From the IMG/VR virus record IMGVR_UViG_3300031627_000893: a DNA stretch of 64,000 bases; one strand, 5' to 3'. Source of the stretch: an uncultured virus (IMG/VR IMGVR_UViG_3300031627_000893) (Duplodnaviria; Heunggongvirae; Uroviricota; Caudoviricetes). Position numbers and translations under genes: made by a program. The notes beneath the pieces are model-generated. The model saw only the letters and a list, made by a program, of their open reading frames with translations. It was not told where the DNA came from and did not search any database. Within the stretch, counting starts at the first letter, position 1, and every line of letters starts with the position of its first letter. Shown in pieces: positions 7,770 through 16,317 of this stretch.

Positions 7770-8060
7770 TCACTCCATATTTATGAACATCGGGCCTTTT
7801 TCCCCAAGATACTGAGAAGTACGCAAGGTGTTGTACTCGAACCACTCTATAGCCTCCATATCTTCCATCCCGTCTCTCTCTTGATAGATCTTAATAATCT
7901 TAACAAAATCGTATATTGCTTTAGGTTCAGAGTCCCCAAAAGCTATGCCAACGTAAGCTTCAGCAAGATCTTCGAATAAAACAACATTTTCGAGTTCTGG
8001 ATATTTTTCATGTATATCCTTACGTATCTTTTCGTCGAGTATTTTCCAGTCTGTTGTCAT
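7770..8060 (-). CDS. conserved phage hypothetical protein
   Basis: AYVGI..AIYD..KI...DGM...EAIEWFEYN....YLGE..P.F pattern familiar from aquatic phages. Confidence 0.65.
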   Translation of the reverse strand: MTTDWKILDEKIRKDIHEKYPELENVVLFEDLAEAYVGIAFGDSEPKAIYDFVKIIKIYQERDGMEDMEAIEWFEYNTLRTSQYLGEKGPMFINME

Positions 8061-8066
8061 GTTGTT

Positions 8067-8609
8067 TTATCTTTTGCTTTTTAAGAGTAACTTCCACCTA
8101 GAGGAATCAGAGTCTTTAGTCCCATTGTCTATTTCTGAAATCACATCCAGTATCTCTGACACGCTATCATATATATATTGGTGAGGTATCTGGCCGAAAT
8201 GCCATAAGGAAGCTTTTTTCTTTCCTCCTTTTACGGATATGAAAATAGGTTTTTTAGCTCTGTTAGCTACATCTATTTCTTCCTGACTGCCCCAAGACGC
8301 AACCTCGGGAATGAGGTGAGCAATTATAAAATCAGACCTATCAACCAAGCTTAAATCGTACGATCTAATCTTTTTCATTTTTTCTCTAACTAAATCGTAG
8401 TCCTCGTTCTCTAGGTCTTTTAGCATCTGCTCTCTAGAGAGGGGCCCTTCGTCTATTTTTTCAATAAATGGGTTCTTGTAGGGATTAAAGACCGTTACTC
8501 CTATGCTTTCCAAACGCTTTTGAGCGGCGTCTCTCCAGATTTGTCCGTCCATATATTGCATGTGCCCGACTAAGTAACACTTAGTTGACTTTAGGAGGTT
8601 AGGACGCAT
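8067..8609 (-). CDS. nucleoside 2'-deoxyribosyltransferase-like / NMP N-glycosidase family protein
   Basis: YLVGHM, VFNP, DL..VDRSDFIIA and catalytic Glu in WGSQEEI. Confidence 0.75.
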   Translation of the reverse strand: MRPNLLKSTKCYLVGHMQYMDGQIWRDAAQKRLESIGVTVFNPYKNPFIEKIDEGPLSREQMLKDLENEDYDLVREKMKKIRSYDLSLVDRSDFIIAHLIPEVASWGSQEEIDVANRAKKPIFISVKGGKKKASLWHFGQIPHQYIYDSVSEILDVISEIDNGTKDSDSSRWKLLLKSKR

Positions 8610-9411
8610 TTCTTAGAATTTCCTTTCTCATCTCTGAATTCAAGAAAGTGATTTGCCCAAAGTTGCCCACCTTAGGATTGTAATATAATTTAGAGTTAAC
8701 AATTCTTAGGGAAGCCTTGAGGGAGGGGTCGTAGTGAAAAGTAAGCGAAGTAATACCTCTCCAAGAAAAATAGGACATAGCTTTCCTTAGATTAGAGAGG
8801 GCAAAAATGCACTGAGTTAAGATCTTTAACTTATCTTTAGCGTGTTTAGATTGGTCTTTCCGAACGAGCCTTCTGTCTCTTATCTCGTCAACTACGCTTC
8901 CGAGAGAATTACTTTCTAGCCTTGTGTATCTAGTTTTAGTCTTCTTGTCGGCGTTGCTTCTTTGGACCGTATAATACAACGCCCCAGTTCTTGAAGAGTA
9001 CACGTACGGGACGCATTCTAGCCTCTTGTACGCCCCTCCTTCTCTGGGCTGCTTTCCTCTTCCTGTCCTTGTCAACTGTCGAAGATGCCCTTGGCTAAAA
9101 TTAGAGCCTTTGTTTTCAACTTCAGCTAAAGCCCCATCGGAATTGTTGATTAATCTTTTTATATCCTCAGGTCTGAAAAAATTATTGATGTCTAAGTTCG
9201 TGTTAAATTTAGGAGTAAATTTTGCCTCTAGATAAGGGTCACTAACGGACAAAACGTTTCTTATTCTTACTCCTTTCTTGATCTCCCCCTTCTCGATCTG
9301 CCGATAAAACCAATCCTTTGCCTTCTGAACGGCTTCTGCCCTGCTTTCGGTTTTGACCTCAAGTACCTCGTCGCCCTTTAAGAAAACAGCATATGCTTTG
9401 GATCTAGACAT
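8599..9411 (-). CDS. hypothetical basic protein
   Basis: 270-aa ORF, no motif recognised. Confidence 0.6.
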   Translation of the reverse strand: MSRSKAYAVFLKGDEVLEVKTESRAEAVQKAKDWFYRQIEKGEIKKGVRIRNVLSVSDPYLEAKFTPKFNTNLDINNFFRPEDIKRLINNSDGALAEVENKGSNFSQGHLRQLTRTGRGKQPREGGAYKRLECVPYVYSSRTGALYYTVQRSNADKKTKTRYTRLESNSLGSVVDEIRDRRLVRKDQSKHAKDKLKILTQCIFALSNLRKAMSYFSWRGITSLTFHYDPSLKASLRIVNSKLYYNPKVGNFGQITFLNSEMRKEILRNAS

Positions 9412-9413
9412 AA

Positions 9414-10127
9414 CTAAATAAAATCTAATAGTTCAAATGTTTCGTAATGATTTTTAACTTGGTAGTATTTACCATCCCCAACTGTTTCTATGTTGTGGGC
9501 AATGTCGTAATCATTTCCTCCCTTGAAACACTTGTCTCCTACAAAGTGAAGACTAGCGTCTCGGTGCAAATCTCTTATATAAACAAGAGACTGGGACTTA
9601 TCCATGTACTTGGGGAAAATGTCAACACTTTTTTCTCCACCGAGTCTCGCCTCAAAAGATGGGAATTTTCGAGAAAGCCTTTTAGCGAAAGATTGTCTCT
9701 GTCTGTTTTTCTTATCCCAGTAAAAATACTTTTTCCTGAGCTTAACGTCTGAGGTCTCTCCCAAGAAGCTGAAATTAAGAAAGCCTGACCTAACGTCTAT
9801 GTGTCCGCCAAGGCTATGCTCGTAAGAGTTTCGGCTTAATTCATTTTCTAAAAAATTGATCAAACTTTTGCTCGGGCTAAAGTCGTTCTTGTAAACTAAC
9901 TCGTTACCTTTGTGGAATTCGTTTCCCATGCAACAAAAAATACCTTTTAGCTTTTTCGATACAGACTTGGGGAGTTGGGTTTTTACTTTATCGTAAGTCC
10001 CGCCGCAGACTACATATACGTCTTTATTCTTAATCCAATGCATGAAACGCATTAAGAAGAACCTTGACATTCTCTGAGTCGGGGGAGTCAAGGTGTTGTC
10101 TACATCAAAGATATAAACCCTTTTCAT
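9414..10127 (-). CDS. HAD-IIB hydrolase, eukaryote-type phosphomannomutase-like
   Basis: FDVDNTLTP, R.GFLNFS, GGEKSVDIFP..DK, FVGDKCFKGGNDYDI. Confidence 0.85.
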   Translation of the reverse strand: MKRVYIFDVDNTLTPPTQRMSRFFLMRFMHWIKNKDVYVVCGGTYDKVKTQLPKSVSKKLKGIFCCMGNEFHKGNELVYKNDFSPSKSLINFLENELSRNSYEHSLGGHIDVRSGFLNFSFLGETSDVKLRKKYFYWDKKNRQRQSFAKRLSRKFPSFEARLGGEKSVDIFPKYMDKSQSLVYIRDLHRDASLHFVGDKCFKGGNDYDIAHNIETVGDGKYYQVKNHYETFELLDFI

Positions 10128-10291
10128 TCGTCATTAATCAAGTCTTTAAGCATCTTTAAATGAAAAGTCATAAAGTCGTTACCTATTTTATCTGATGCTT
10201 TCGTTGAATTAGCATTTCTGTCCCTGTCTACATTTGCACTGTAGGATAAAAGCTGATCCATCAAACTAAGGATTTTTTCTTTATTCTTCAT
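10124..10291 (-). CDS. small hypothetical protein (55 aa, not in ORF track)
   Basis: ORF overlaps both neighbours and fills the gap. Confidence 0.5.
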   Translation of the reverse strand: MKNKEKILSLMDQLLSYSANVDRDRNANSTKASDKIGNDFMTFHLKMLKDLINDE

Positions 10292-10427
10292 CTTTTTGGG
10301 GGTCGTATATTAAACCATCAACCTCTTTCTTTATCTTTTTTACCTCTTCATCTAGACCAGCGGGATCAAGCGTTTGTAACCCTTTGGAAAGCTTGTATAA
10401 AAAATTTTCGTATGCTTCGTTTTTCAT
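10281..10427 (-). CDS. small hypothetical protein (48 aa, not in ORF track)
   Basis: MKNEAYENFL...DPQKDEE*; ATGA overlap with 10424-10672. Confidence 0.5.
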   Translation of the reverse strand: MKNEAYENFLYKLSKGLQTLDPAGLDEEVKKIKKEVDGLIYDPQKDEE

Positions 10428-10672
10428 GGGTAGTAAAATTTAATGGTTTTAGTCTTGCCCTCTAAAGTGATAAGCTTCACCTCTTTCTCTCTCGTTTCCG
10501 CTGCTACTTTCGGTAAGCAGGTTAAGCAATAAGATTTTCTTTTGTACCTGACGTACATAATCTTTTTAGCTTCTTTAAGAATCCCATATTCTCTATGGGT
10601 GTAGGAAATGCCGCAGCATTTGCAAGAAATGCGTCCGGTTCGCTTAGACTCAATGGCGAATGCTTTTAGCAT
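10424..10672 (-). CDS. small zinc-finger protein
   Basis: CKCC...CLTC. Confidence 0.6.
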   Translation of the reverse strand: MLKAFAIESKRTGRISCKCCGISYTHREYGILKEAKKIMYVRYKRKSYCLTCLPKVAAETREKEVKLITLEGKTKTIKFYYP

Positions 10673-11159
10673 TAGATTGATTTACACTTTTTAAAATTTT
10701 TGTGGTCGATATATCGACTTCGAAGTCTATGAACTCGCACTTCGCCCCAATACTTTCGAGTGTCCTTCTGTCTGAATTATCTATGCTGTTGATGTCGTAG
10801 TCTCCGCCTTTTACGTAAATATCCGGCTCAGACAAAGATATAAAACGATTTGCGGAAGCCCCATCAAATACAGTTACGAAATCGACACAACTCAAAGCTG
10901 AAAGCACGTAAGCCCTGTGATCTTGACTGTTTACTGGCCTATCCTCCCCCTTTAGTATACTCACACCCAAATCATCATTAATCCCGACAACCAATACGTC
11001 CCCAAATGCTTTAGCCTTTTGCAAGTATAGGATATGGCCAACATGAAGCATGTCGAAGCACCCATTAGTTACGACAACTCTGCCCCCCTTCAAGCAATGT
11101 CTAAAAATGTCGAAGCAGTGAAATGGGACGATTTTGGAAGAAGTTACTGGGCTAGTCAT
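10650..11159 (-). CDS. D-glycero-D-manno-heptose 1-phosphate adenylyltransferase-like (RfaE/HldE domain II)
   Basis: TNGCFDMLHVGH, LKGEDRPVN, PDIYVKGGDY, STTKI. Confidence 0.9.
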   Translation of the reverse strand: MTSPVTSSKIVPFHCFDIFRHCLKGGRVVVTNGCFDMLHVGHILYLQKAKAFGDVLVVGINDDLGVSILKGEDRPVNSQDHRAYVLSALSCVDFVTVFDGASANRFISLSEPDIYVKGGDYDINSIDNSDRRTLESIGAKCEFIDFEVDISTTKILKSVNQSNAKSIRH

Positions 11160-11341
11160 TTTTCAACAATATAATATGACTCGCCGCCATTAAGCTTATT
11201 TTCTTCAAGCTTTTTGATGTAAAACTCTGCCTGTTCTTTGCCGTATGCGGTCTTAGGAAAAACCCCGAAATTATAATCATTAGATTCACTTTTGACCATG
11301 TAATACCCCTTGTCTGTTTTTCTTCTAGGCATTTTTAGCAA
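11156..11341 (-). CDS. small hypothetical protein
   Basis: ORF in the gene run. Confidence 0.5.
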   Translation of the reverse strand: MLKMPRRKTDKGYYMVKSESNDYNFGVFPKTAYGKEQAEFYIKKLEENKLNGGESYYIVEK

Positions 11342-11564
11342 TTTGTTTTAATTCCTCTAGGATTTTATCTTGGATATAGAGTTTCGCCAATAAATAGATA
11401 AGCTTTCTGCTAAGGTCTAGGACCGTTCTGTCTAGCTCCCTCTCATGGACCTCTTCTCTAGATAATCGAGCAGCCGTCCTAATTATCTTTTTCCACTCGT
11501 CCGCAACCCAAATAGCGTCCTGCTTTAAGGTATCCTTTTGCGAATTAAATTCTTTTATGCTCAC
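11325..11564 (-). CDS. hypothetical protein
   Basis: 79-aa ORF with GTG start. Confidence 0.5.
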   Translation of the reverse strand: MSIKEFNSQKDTLKQDAIWVADEWKKIIRTAARLSREEVHERELDRTVLDLSRKLIYLLAKLYIQDKILEELKQIAKNA

Positions 11565-11741
11565 GGGTGTAAAAGCCTGTGATGTTAATTACACTAAAAG
11601 AAGATATCAAAAAGATATGTTGGATTTTGCATAAAAAAGATTACATTAAAAGAAGGAGAATACTTTTTTATAGGAGACAATAGAGGCAATACTTCTTTTG
11701 GGGTAACAGGGGAAGAGAATATAATTGGACTCTTAAAATAA

Positions 11742-11767
11742 AAGGCGGGGGCGAAAGCCCCCGCCTT
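11742..11767 (-). terminator. intrinsic terminator
   Basis: Plus strand AAGGCGGGGGC-GAAA-GCCCCCGCCTT 11-bp stem; followed by TTATTTT on the minus strand. Confidence 0.85.
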
Positions 11768-11771
11768 AGTT

Positions 11772-11957
11772 TTACATGGTCAGTTTATTAACCAATCTTC
11801 TCGTACAAGCATCTATTTTATTTAGCTTGTCTATAGTTTGCTCATGCATTTCAGCGTGAGCTCGGGTAGTTTTGGGGAGCTTAGCTATTCGCCTTGCTTC
11901 CCAGCATTCTCTACCCACCAACACCGCCGTCCACACAGTTAATACTATGTATTCCAT
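11772..11957 (-). CDS. small protein with N-terminal hydrophobic segment
   Basis: MEYIVLTVWTAVLVG followed by a coiled-coil-like stretch; GTGTAA upstream, terminator downstream. Confidence 0.6.
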   Translation of the reverse strand: MEYIVLTVWTAVLVGRECWEARRIAKLPKTTRAHAEMHEQTIDKLNKIDACTRRLVNKLTM

Positions 11958-11976
11958 AGGTAGGTTTGATTACACC

Positions 11977-12627
11977 TTAAATACGCCTTTTCTTCTTTTG
12001 TTCTTTGCCTATTTTCTTAACATGATAGCCACGATTTATTAGTACCTGTTTGCACAAGGCCACGAACTGAGAGACAGTTAAGTCATTTTTAGCCATATTG
12101 GCATTACGAGTAGCTAACCCCATGTTTTCTAAATCGTTAGTACCGCCCTTTGAAATGGGGGTAACATGATCTAAGGAGTAAGTTTCAGATTTGGCAAGGT
12201 CTATTTGAGATCCCGTCAAATAACACCTAGGATTAGATCCAAGTTTGCCTAATACTTCTTTAATCCCATATGGCTTATTTATATTATTAACCCTGTCATA
12301 CGAGGACGACCTGCTTCTCCTTCTATAAAGTTTCATTTTATGCCTTACTTGTTGTCTAGCTGTTTTTTTTCTCTTGAAAAATTCGCGCTTTTGTATCAGC
12401 TTGTAGATTCTTGATTTAAATGAATTGATTTTTTTCGACACGGCCCCTTCTCCGGTCAGCATGTAAGCTCGGTGCTGTGCTTGTTTTGCGGCCTTTTGGC
12501 CTCCCTTTAGATGATAACAAACCGTAGACTTACTACAGGGGATCGTCTTAGCTATTGCGCGGTAGCTTAACCCTTGCCCCCTCAGGAGAACGATTTTTTT
12601 TCCAAGGATTGTAGGTTTAGTTCCCAA
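11977..12627 (-). CDS. HNH endonuclease with N-terminal HTH (putative homing endonuclease)
   Basis: GLSYRAIAKTIPCSKSTVCYH (HTH); CYLTG...SLDHVTPISKGGTNDLENMGLATRNANMAK (HNH). Confidence 0.85.
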   Translation of the reverse strand: MGTKPTILGKKIVLLRGQGLSYRAIAKTIPCSKSTVCYHLKGGQKAAKQAQHRAYMLTGEGAVSKKINSFKSRIYKLIQKREFFKRKKTARQQVRHKMKLYRRRSRSSSYDRVNNINKPYGIKEVLGKLGSNPRCYLTGSQIDLAKSETYSLDHVTPISKGGTNDLENMGLATRNANMAKNDLTVSQFVALCKQVLINRGYHVKKIGKEQKKKRRI

Positions 12628-12675
12628 AACAAGTGAATACTATTACACTCATTTAGGCTGTGGATATGAATTAAA

Positions 12676-12752
12676 TGGCAGATGAGATGGGACTCGAACC
12701 CATAACCCTCGGTTTAGAAAACCGATGCTCTATCCAATTGAGCTACTCATCC
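12676..12752 (-). tRNA. tRNA-Arg(UCU) with encoded CCA
   Basis: GGATGAG/CTCATCT acceptor stem, D-arm GCTC..GAGC, anticodon arm TCGGT-TTTCTAA-ACCGA, T-loop GGTTCGAGTCC, 3' GCCA. Confidence 0.95.
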
Positions 12753-12902
12753 TTCTCTTTCTTTTTCTCTTACTCTCCTCATATAGTCCCTCTTTTGCAT
12801 CCTTCTCCTTTCGGGATCTTTCTCGTCATAAACTCTTCTCGCTTTCTTAGCAGCAGACTTACCTTTGTCTGTTTTAAAATATGTTTCGTGTTTCTTCGAC
12901 AT
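12747..12902 (-). CDS. small Arg/Lys-rich protein (51 aa, not in ORF track) ending inside the tRNA 5' end
   Basis: MSKKHETYFKTDKGKSAAKKARRVYDEKDPERRRMQKRDYMRRVREKEREG*. Confidence 0.6.
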   Translation of the reverse strand: MSKKHETYFKTDKGKSAAKKARRVYDEKDPERRRMQKRDYMRRVREKEREG

Positions 12903-12974
12903 GGTATATCGTCCACTATAGAGGAAAAAACCTCGTCGGGAAAAAATCCGGTTTTTTTAAAACTCTAACATCGT

Positions 12975-13862
12975 TTACTCATCCAAAGTGACAGCCCTGC
13001 CTTTGTCCGATTCCCAATCATGTTCTGGCCTGTCTACTTTTTGGTTTCTCTCAACAACTGCTTTTAATACCAAGCTATTTTTCATCTGATGCAAGAGGGA
13101 GTTCGTATCCTTTGGGAAGCAAGTCCCACCGAACCCTGCCTTCCCGTCTGGGCCGGGTACGTCCGTGTGGCTTGACCCTATTCTGTCATCCAAGGAAACC
13201 ATATCTACAACGGCTCTATAATTTACATCGTGGCTTGAGCAGAATTGGTATATCTCGTTAAAGAAAGAGACCTTAGTGGCTAAGAAGCTGTTTCTCACGA
13301 GCTTAGATAGCTCTGCCTCTCTCGTCCGGCAAAAGATTAGAGTGTCATCAAGTATCTTCTTGTTCGTCTTCTTGTGCTTTCTTGCCGCCGAATAAAGATC
13401 CCTGAAGTCTTCTATAAGTACCTGTTTCATAGAAAAATCATCCCCGTCTATCCCCATGATCCTATTATCGGCGTTCTTAAAATCATCTTCCCAATTCGCC
13501 TCAGTTAAAAACTCAGGCATAAAACTCACCTTGTGTTCCGAACAGAAACCAACAGGCACGGTTGAACGAACGACAATTCTTTCCAAAGGATAGTCGTGGT
13601 CTGCCAAATCTGATATGACAGACGAAACGATTGATGTATTACAGGAGCCATCCTTATTCATCGGAGTCGGGACGCATACAAAAACAAAATTACAATAGAC
13701 AAGATCTTCTAGCTGCGTATTCGTAGGACTACATTTGTCGGGGTCAATATCGTAAACCAACGTACAGATCTCATCACACTCTAAAATACGAGTGGCTTTG
13801 CCAACATAACCATTCCCAATAATCCCTATTTTTAAGTCTTCGATTTGATTTACTGCTTTCAT
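12975..13862 (-). CDS. UDP-glucose/GDP-mannose dehydrogenase family protein (short form)
   Basis: GNGYVG, FVCVPTP, RSTVPVG, PEFL, AELSKL..N, GFGGTCFPKD; C-terminal UDP-binding domain absent. Confidence 0.9.
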   Translation of the reverse strand: MKAVNQIEDLKIGIIGNGYVGKATRILECDEICTLVYDIDPDKCSPTNTQLEDLVYCNFVFVCVPTPMNKDGSCNTSIVSSVISDLADHDYPLERIVVRSTVPVGFCSEHKVSFMPEFLTEANWEDDFKNADNRIMGIDGDDFSMKQVLIEDFRDLYSAARKHKKTNKKILDDTLIFCRTREAELSKLVRNSFLATKVSFFNEIYQFCSSHDVNYRAVVDMVSLDDRIGSSHTDVPGPDGKAGFGGTCFPKDTNSLLHQMKNSLVLKAVVERNQKVDRPEHDWESDKGRAVTLDE

Positions 13863-14143
13863 ATCTCTAATATTATTTCCCCGCTCTCTCCGTAGATGAC
13901 AGAAATGGAATCGTCCCCTGCTGCTGAGAGGATTTTTCTCTTGCTCTCTTCGTCTATCTCTCCGCTCATAGTCTTTATGTAATCGACTAACTTGGATATA
14001 CTTTTTTTTCTAATGCACTTGCAGCAATTTTTGACAAACATATATTTTGACATAAAAGTTTTATGCCAGTCGTAATTCTTGAAGAGAGAATCGTTGTCTA
14101 TTAGAAAACGCCCAAACTGACTAATGTTTGAGAAAGTTTTCAT
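13859..14143 (-). CDS. hypothetical protein
   Basis: 94-aa ORF with ATGA overlaps and a CCKC motif. Confidence 0.55.
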   Translation of the reverse strand: MKTFSNISQFGRFLIDNDSLFKNYDWHKTFMSKYMFVKNCCKCIRKKSISKLVDYIKTMSGEIDEESKRKILSAAGDDSISVIYGESGEIILEI

Positions 14144-14496
14144 TTACCTAGCTTTTTAATTACTAACAAGGCGGCTAAAGATGTGAGGTAGACAAAGGAG
14201 TAAAACCAAAGAGAAATAAAATCTTTTAGAGCCACGAACATAAGCGCACATATGTAAAAGTTGATACAATAAGGACACGAAAGGATTTTATTGAAAAAGG
14301 TAGGGTTACTTTGTGCTAAGAAGTAAGGATACGTATCAGGGTCTAACTCTGATTCAGAATAATCTTCGAACTTATCTATCTTGAAAAACTTTTTTCCCAC
14401 GCCCAGTAAACTAGCCCATTCACAAAATGCGTTTGTCTCAAACCATATAACCATTATACTCGCGGATATGCACGACAACAAAAGCGCGTCCATCAT
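14140..14496 (-). CDS. membrane protein with CPYC motif (DUF1360-like)
   Basis: Hydrophobic segments around ILSCPYCINFY. Confidence 0.6.
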   Translation of the reverse strand: MMDALLLSCISASIMVIWFETNAFCEWASLLGVGKKFFKIDKFEDYSESELDPDTYPYFLAQSNPTFFNKILSCPYCINFYICALMFVALKDFISLWFYSFVYLTSLAALLVIKKLGK

Positions 14497-14966
14497 AAGC
14501 CTGTGCTCCCGAATCCAGATTCTCCCCTATCTGATTCTTCTAATTCCGATACCTCTTCGAATTCTACACTGTGGTATTTTTCTATAATCAATTGAGCGAT
14601 CCTGTCTCCTTCGTTTATTTTAAAAGTATTAGAATCTCCCATTATGTTTTCGTAGCTGCCTACTTCGGAATTAGGCTTTTTATAATTTAAGTTTATCAAG
14701 ACTACGCCAACGGGCCCTCTATAGCTAGGATCTACAACACCAGCTAAAACATCGATCCCCCTTTCGATGGCCAAGCCGCTTCTAGGAGCGATTCTACCGT
14801 AATAGCCTTCTGGTATAGCCACACACAGCGCAGTCGGCACTATGACTCTTTGCATGGGGGCGATTTCAGCGTAGGCCGAAGCGAATAAATCATACCCTGC
14901 GTCAGTCGGATGTGCCTTGAACGGGATTCTCGCACTACCGCTTAACTTCCTAAACTTAACATTCAT
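14493..14966 (-). CDS. dut: trimeric dUTPase
   Basis: AGYDL, IAPRSGLA, GVVDPSYRG, GDRIAQLI, RGESGFGSTG. Confidence 0.97.
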   Translation of the reverse strand: MNVKFRKLSGSARIPFKAHPTDAGYDLFASAYAEIAPMQRVIVPTALCVAIPEGYYGRIAPRSGLAIERGIDVLAGVVDPSYRGPVGVVLINLNYKKPNSEVGSYENIMGDSNTFKINEGDRIAQLIIEKYHSVEFEEVSELEESDRGESGFGSTGL

Positions 14967-15360
14967 ATTTGTTTATTATTATACCTAGTTCCTTTGCTAT
15001 ATCTAAAGAAGAGGCGTCTCTTTCGTATTCCTCTTCATAAATAACATTTTTTATTCCATACGAAGCAATGTTTCTCAGACAATCATTACACGGCAGTAAG
15101 GTACAGGCTAACAAGTAAGCCTCATTGGGTTGTATATATCTAAGCGCATTCGCCTCGGCGTGAACCACCCTCTGCCTTCTTTCGTCTCTATCATCCCAGT
15201 TTATTTCTACTCCTTTGGGTGCTCCGTTGTACCCCAATGAAGCCACGGAATTATCCTGCCTTAGGATACATGCCCCGACTTGGACGTACGGGTCTTCACT
15301 CCTTAGTGAAGCCACTTTCGCTAATTTTAAAGCGTATATGTCCCAGTTGATCCTAGTCAC
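14956..15360 (-). CDS. dCMP deaminase
   Basis: RSEDP..QVGACI, GYNG, HAEANAL, PCNDC. Confidence 0.93.
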   Translation of the reverse strand: MTRINWDIYALKLAKVASLRSEDPYVQVGACILRQDNSVASLGYNGAPKGVEINWDDRDERRQRVVHAEANALRYIQPNEAYLLACTLLPCNDCLRNIASYGIKNVIYEEEYERDASSLDIAKELGIIINKYEC

Positions 15361-15424
15361 AATTAAAAGTTTTTTTTACTCTTGTACGCTATAATAGAAT
15401 TCAGATAGCAAAAATCTATTTATC

Positions 15425-15856
15425 ATGACAATCAACGAAGCTACAGTCAAAGTTATCGACTTTTTGGAAAAAACAAAAAAACCATATATCGTCGTAGATG
15501 ATGACTTTTTGAATATAGTAACGATTTCTGGGGACGACTCAGACAAACCCGCTGTCATTTTGGCTCTGAAAGATATGGAGCAGAACAACGTGGTGAAATC
15601 TCTTTTTTTCGGCGAAAAACAATACTACATTTTGACCAGTGGGTTAGATTCTTTTACTCAGAATATAGACCTGTCTCCCTCTACTTGTAATGAAGTCTCT
15701 AAGGTAATTGCAAAATTCTGCAACGTCATAGATGACTATAAGGATGAGTGCGACCCGACAAACTTAACGGAAAAGGACATTTTTAACTTGACTGTTATCT
15801 GTAATTTCTTCTTTGATTCCGCATCTCCTTCTCAGGGGGGAGAAAAAGGCGAGTGA
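15425..15856 (+). CDS. hypothetical protein, first gene of the plus-strand arm
   Basis: 143-aa acidic ORF; TATAAT at 15390-15395 in the divergent intergenic gap. Confidence 0.65.
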   Translation: MTINEATVKVIDFLEKTKKPYIVVDDDFLNIVTISGDDSDKPAVILALKDMEQNNVVKSLFFGEKQYYILTSGLDSFTQNIDLSPSTCNEVSKVIAKFCNVIDDYKDECDPTNLTEKDIFNLTVICNFFFDSASPSQGGEKGE

Positions 15857-15861
15857 AAATC

Positions 15862-16230
15862 TCCCTTCCTGCCGAGTTTAACAGCGGCAAGGTTTCCTAA
15901 GGTGAGACAATGATGAGGTTCGTTTGAACTGTCAGGCATTAGGGTAGTGCCACATCCAAAAGGAATGAATCCCTCAGAGTAGAACACGCTCTGTAAAAAA
16001 CTGATAGGTAGCCCCTATCGTGATACCCTCCGTGTGACCATGCGTCAGGGATGATCGCTGTTAGTAGTTTTAAAGCACAGTTTCTGCGCCTTATTTATAA
16101 GGTAAGCGATTCCGTTTTTACGGTGGTGTTAAGCCTGTGGAATGTCCCATCCACGTCAAAAAAACACAGGGCCGAAGAGAAAGTAGGCACACACCAATCT
16201 CCCCCTTGTGGGGGGATTGTGTCCTATATT
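15862..16230. ncRNA. candidate large structured non-coding RNA
   Basis: ~370-nt intergenic stretch with many complementary helices and a long terminal hairpin (16184-16226); family and strand not identified. Confidence 0.5.
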
Positions 16231-16317
16231 TCCGAGAAAAAGTCATTCACACAACGGTTGTTCATAATTTACTTTTAATGCTTGACTTTCGTTATCCTGC
16301 GTATATCTTTCCTCTTC

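Noticed and set aside
12675..12968. 97-aa plus-strand ORF from the track
   Set aside because: It is antisense to tRNA-Arg and to a better 51-aa minus-strand ORF.
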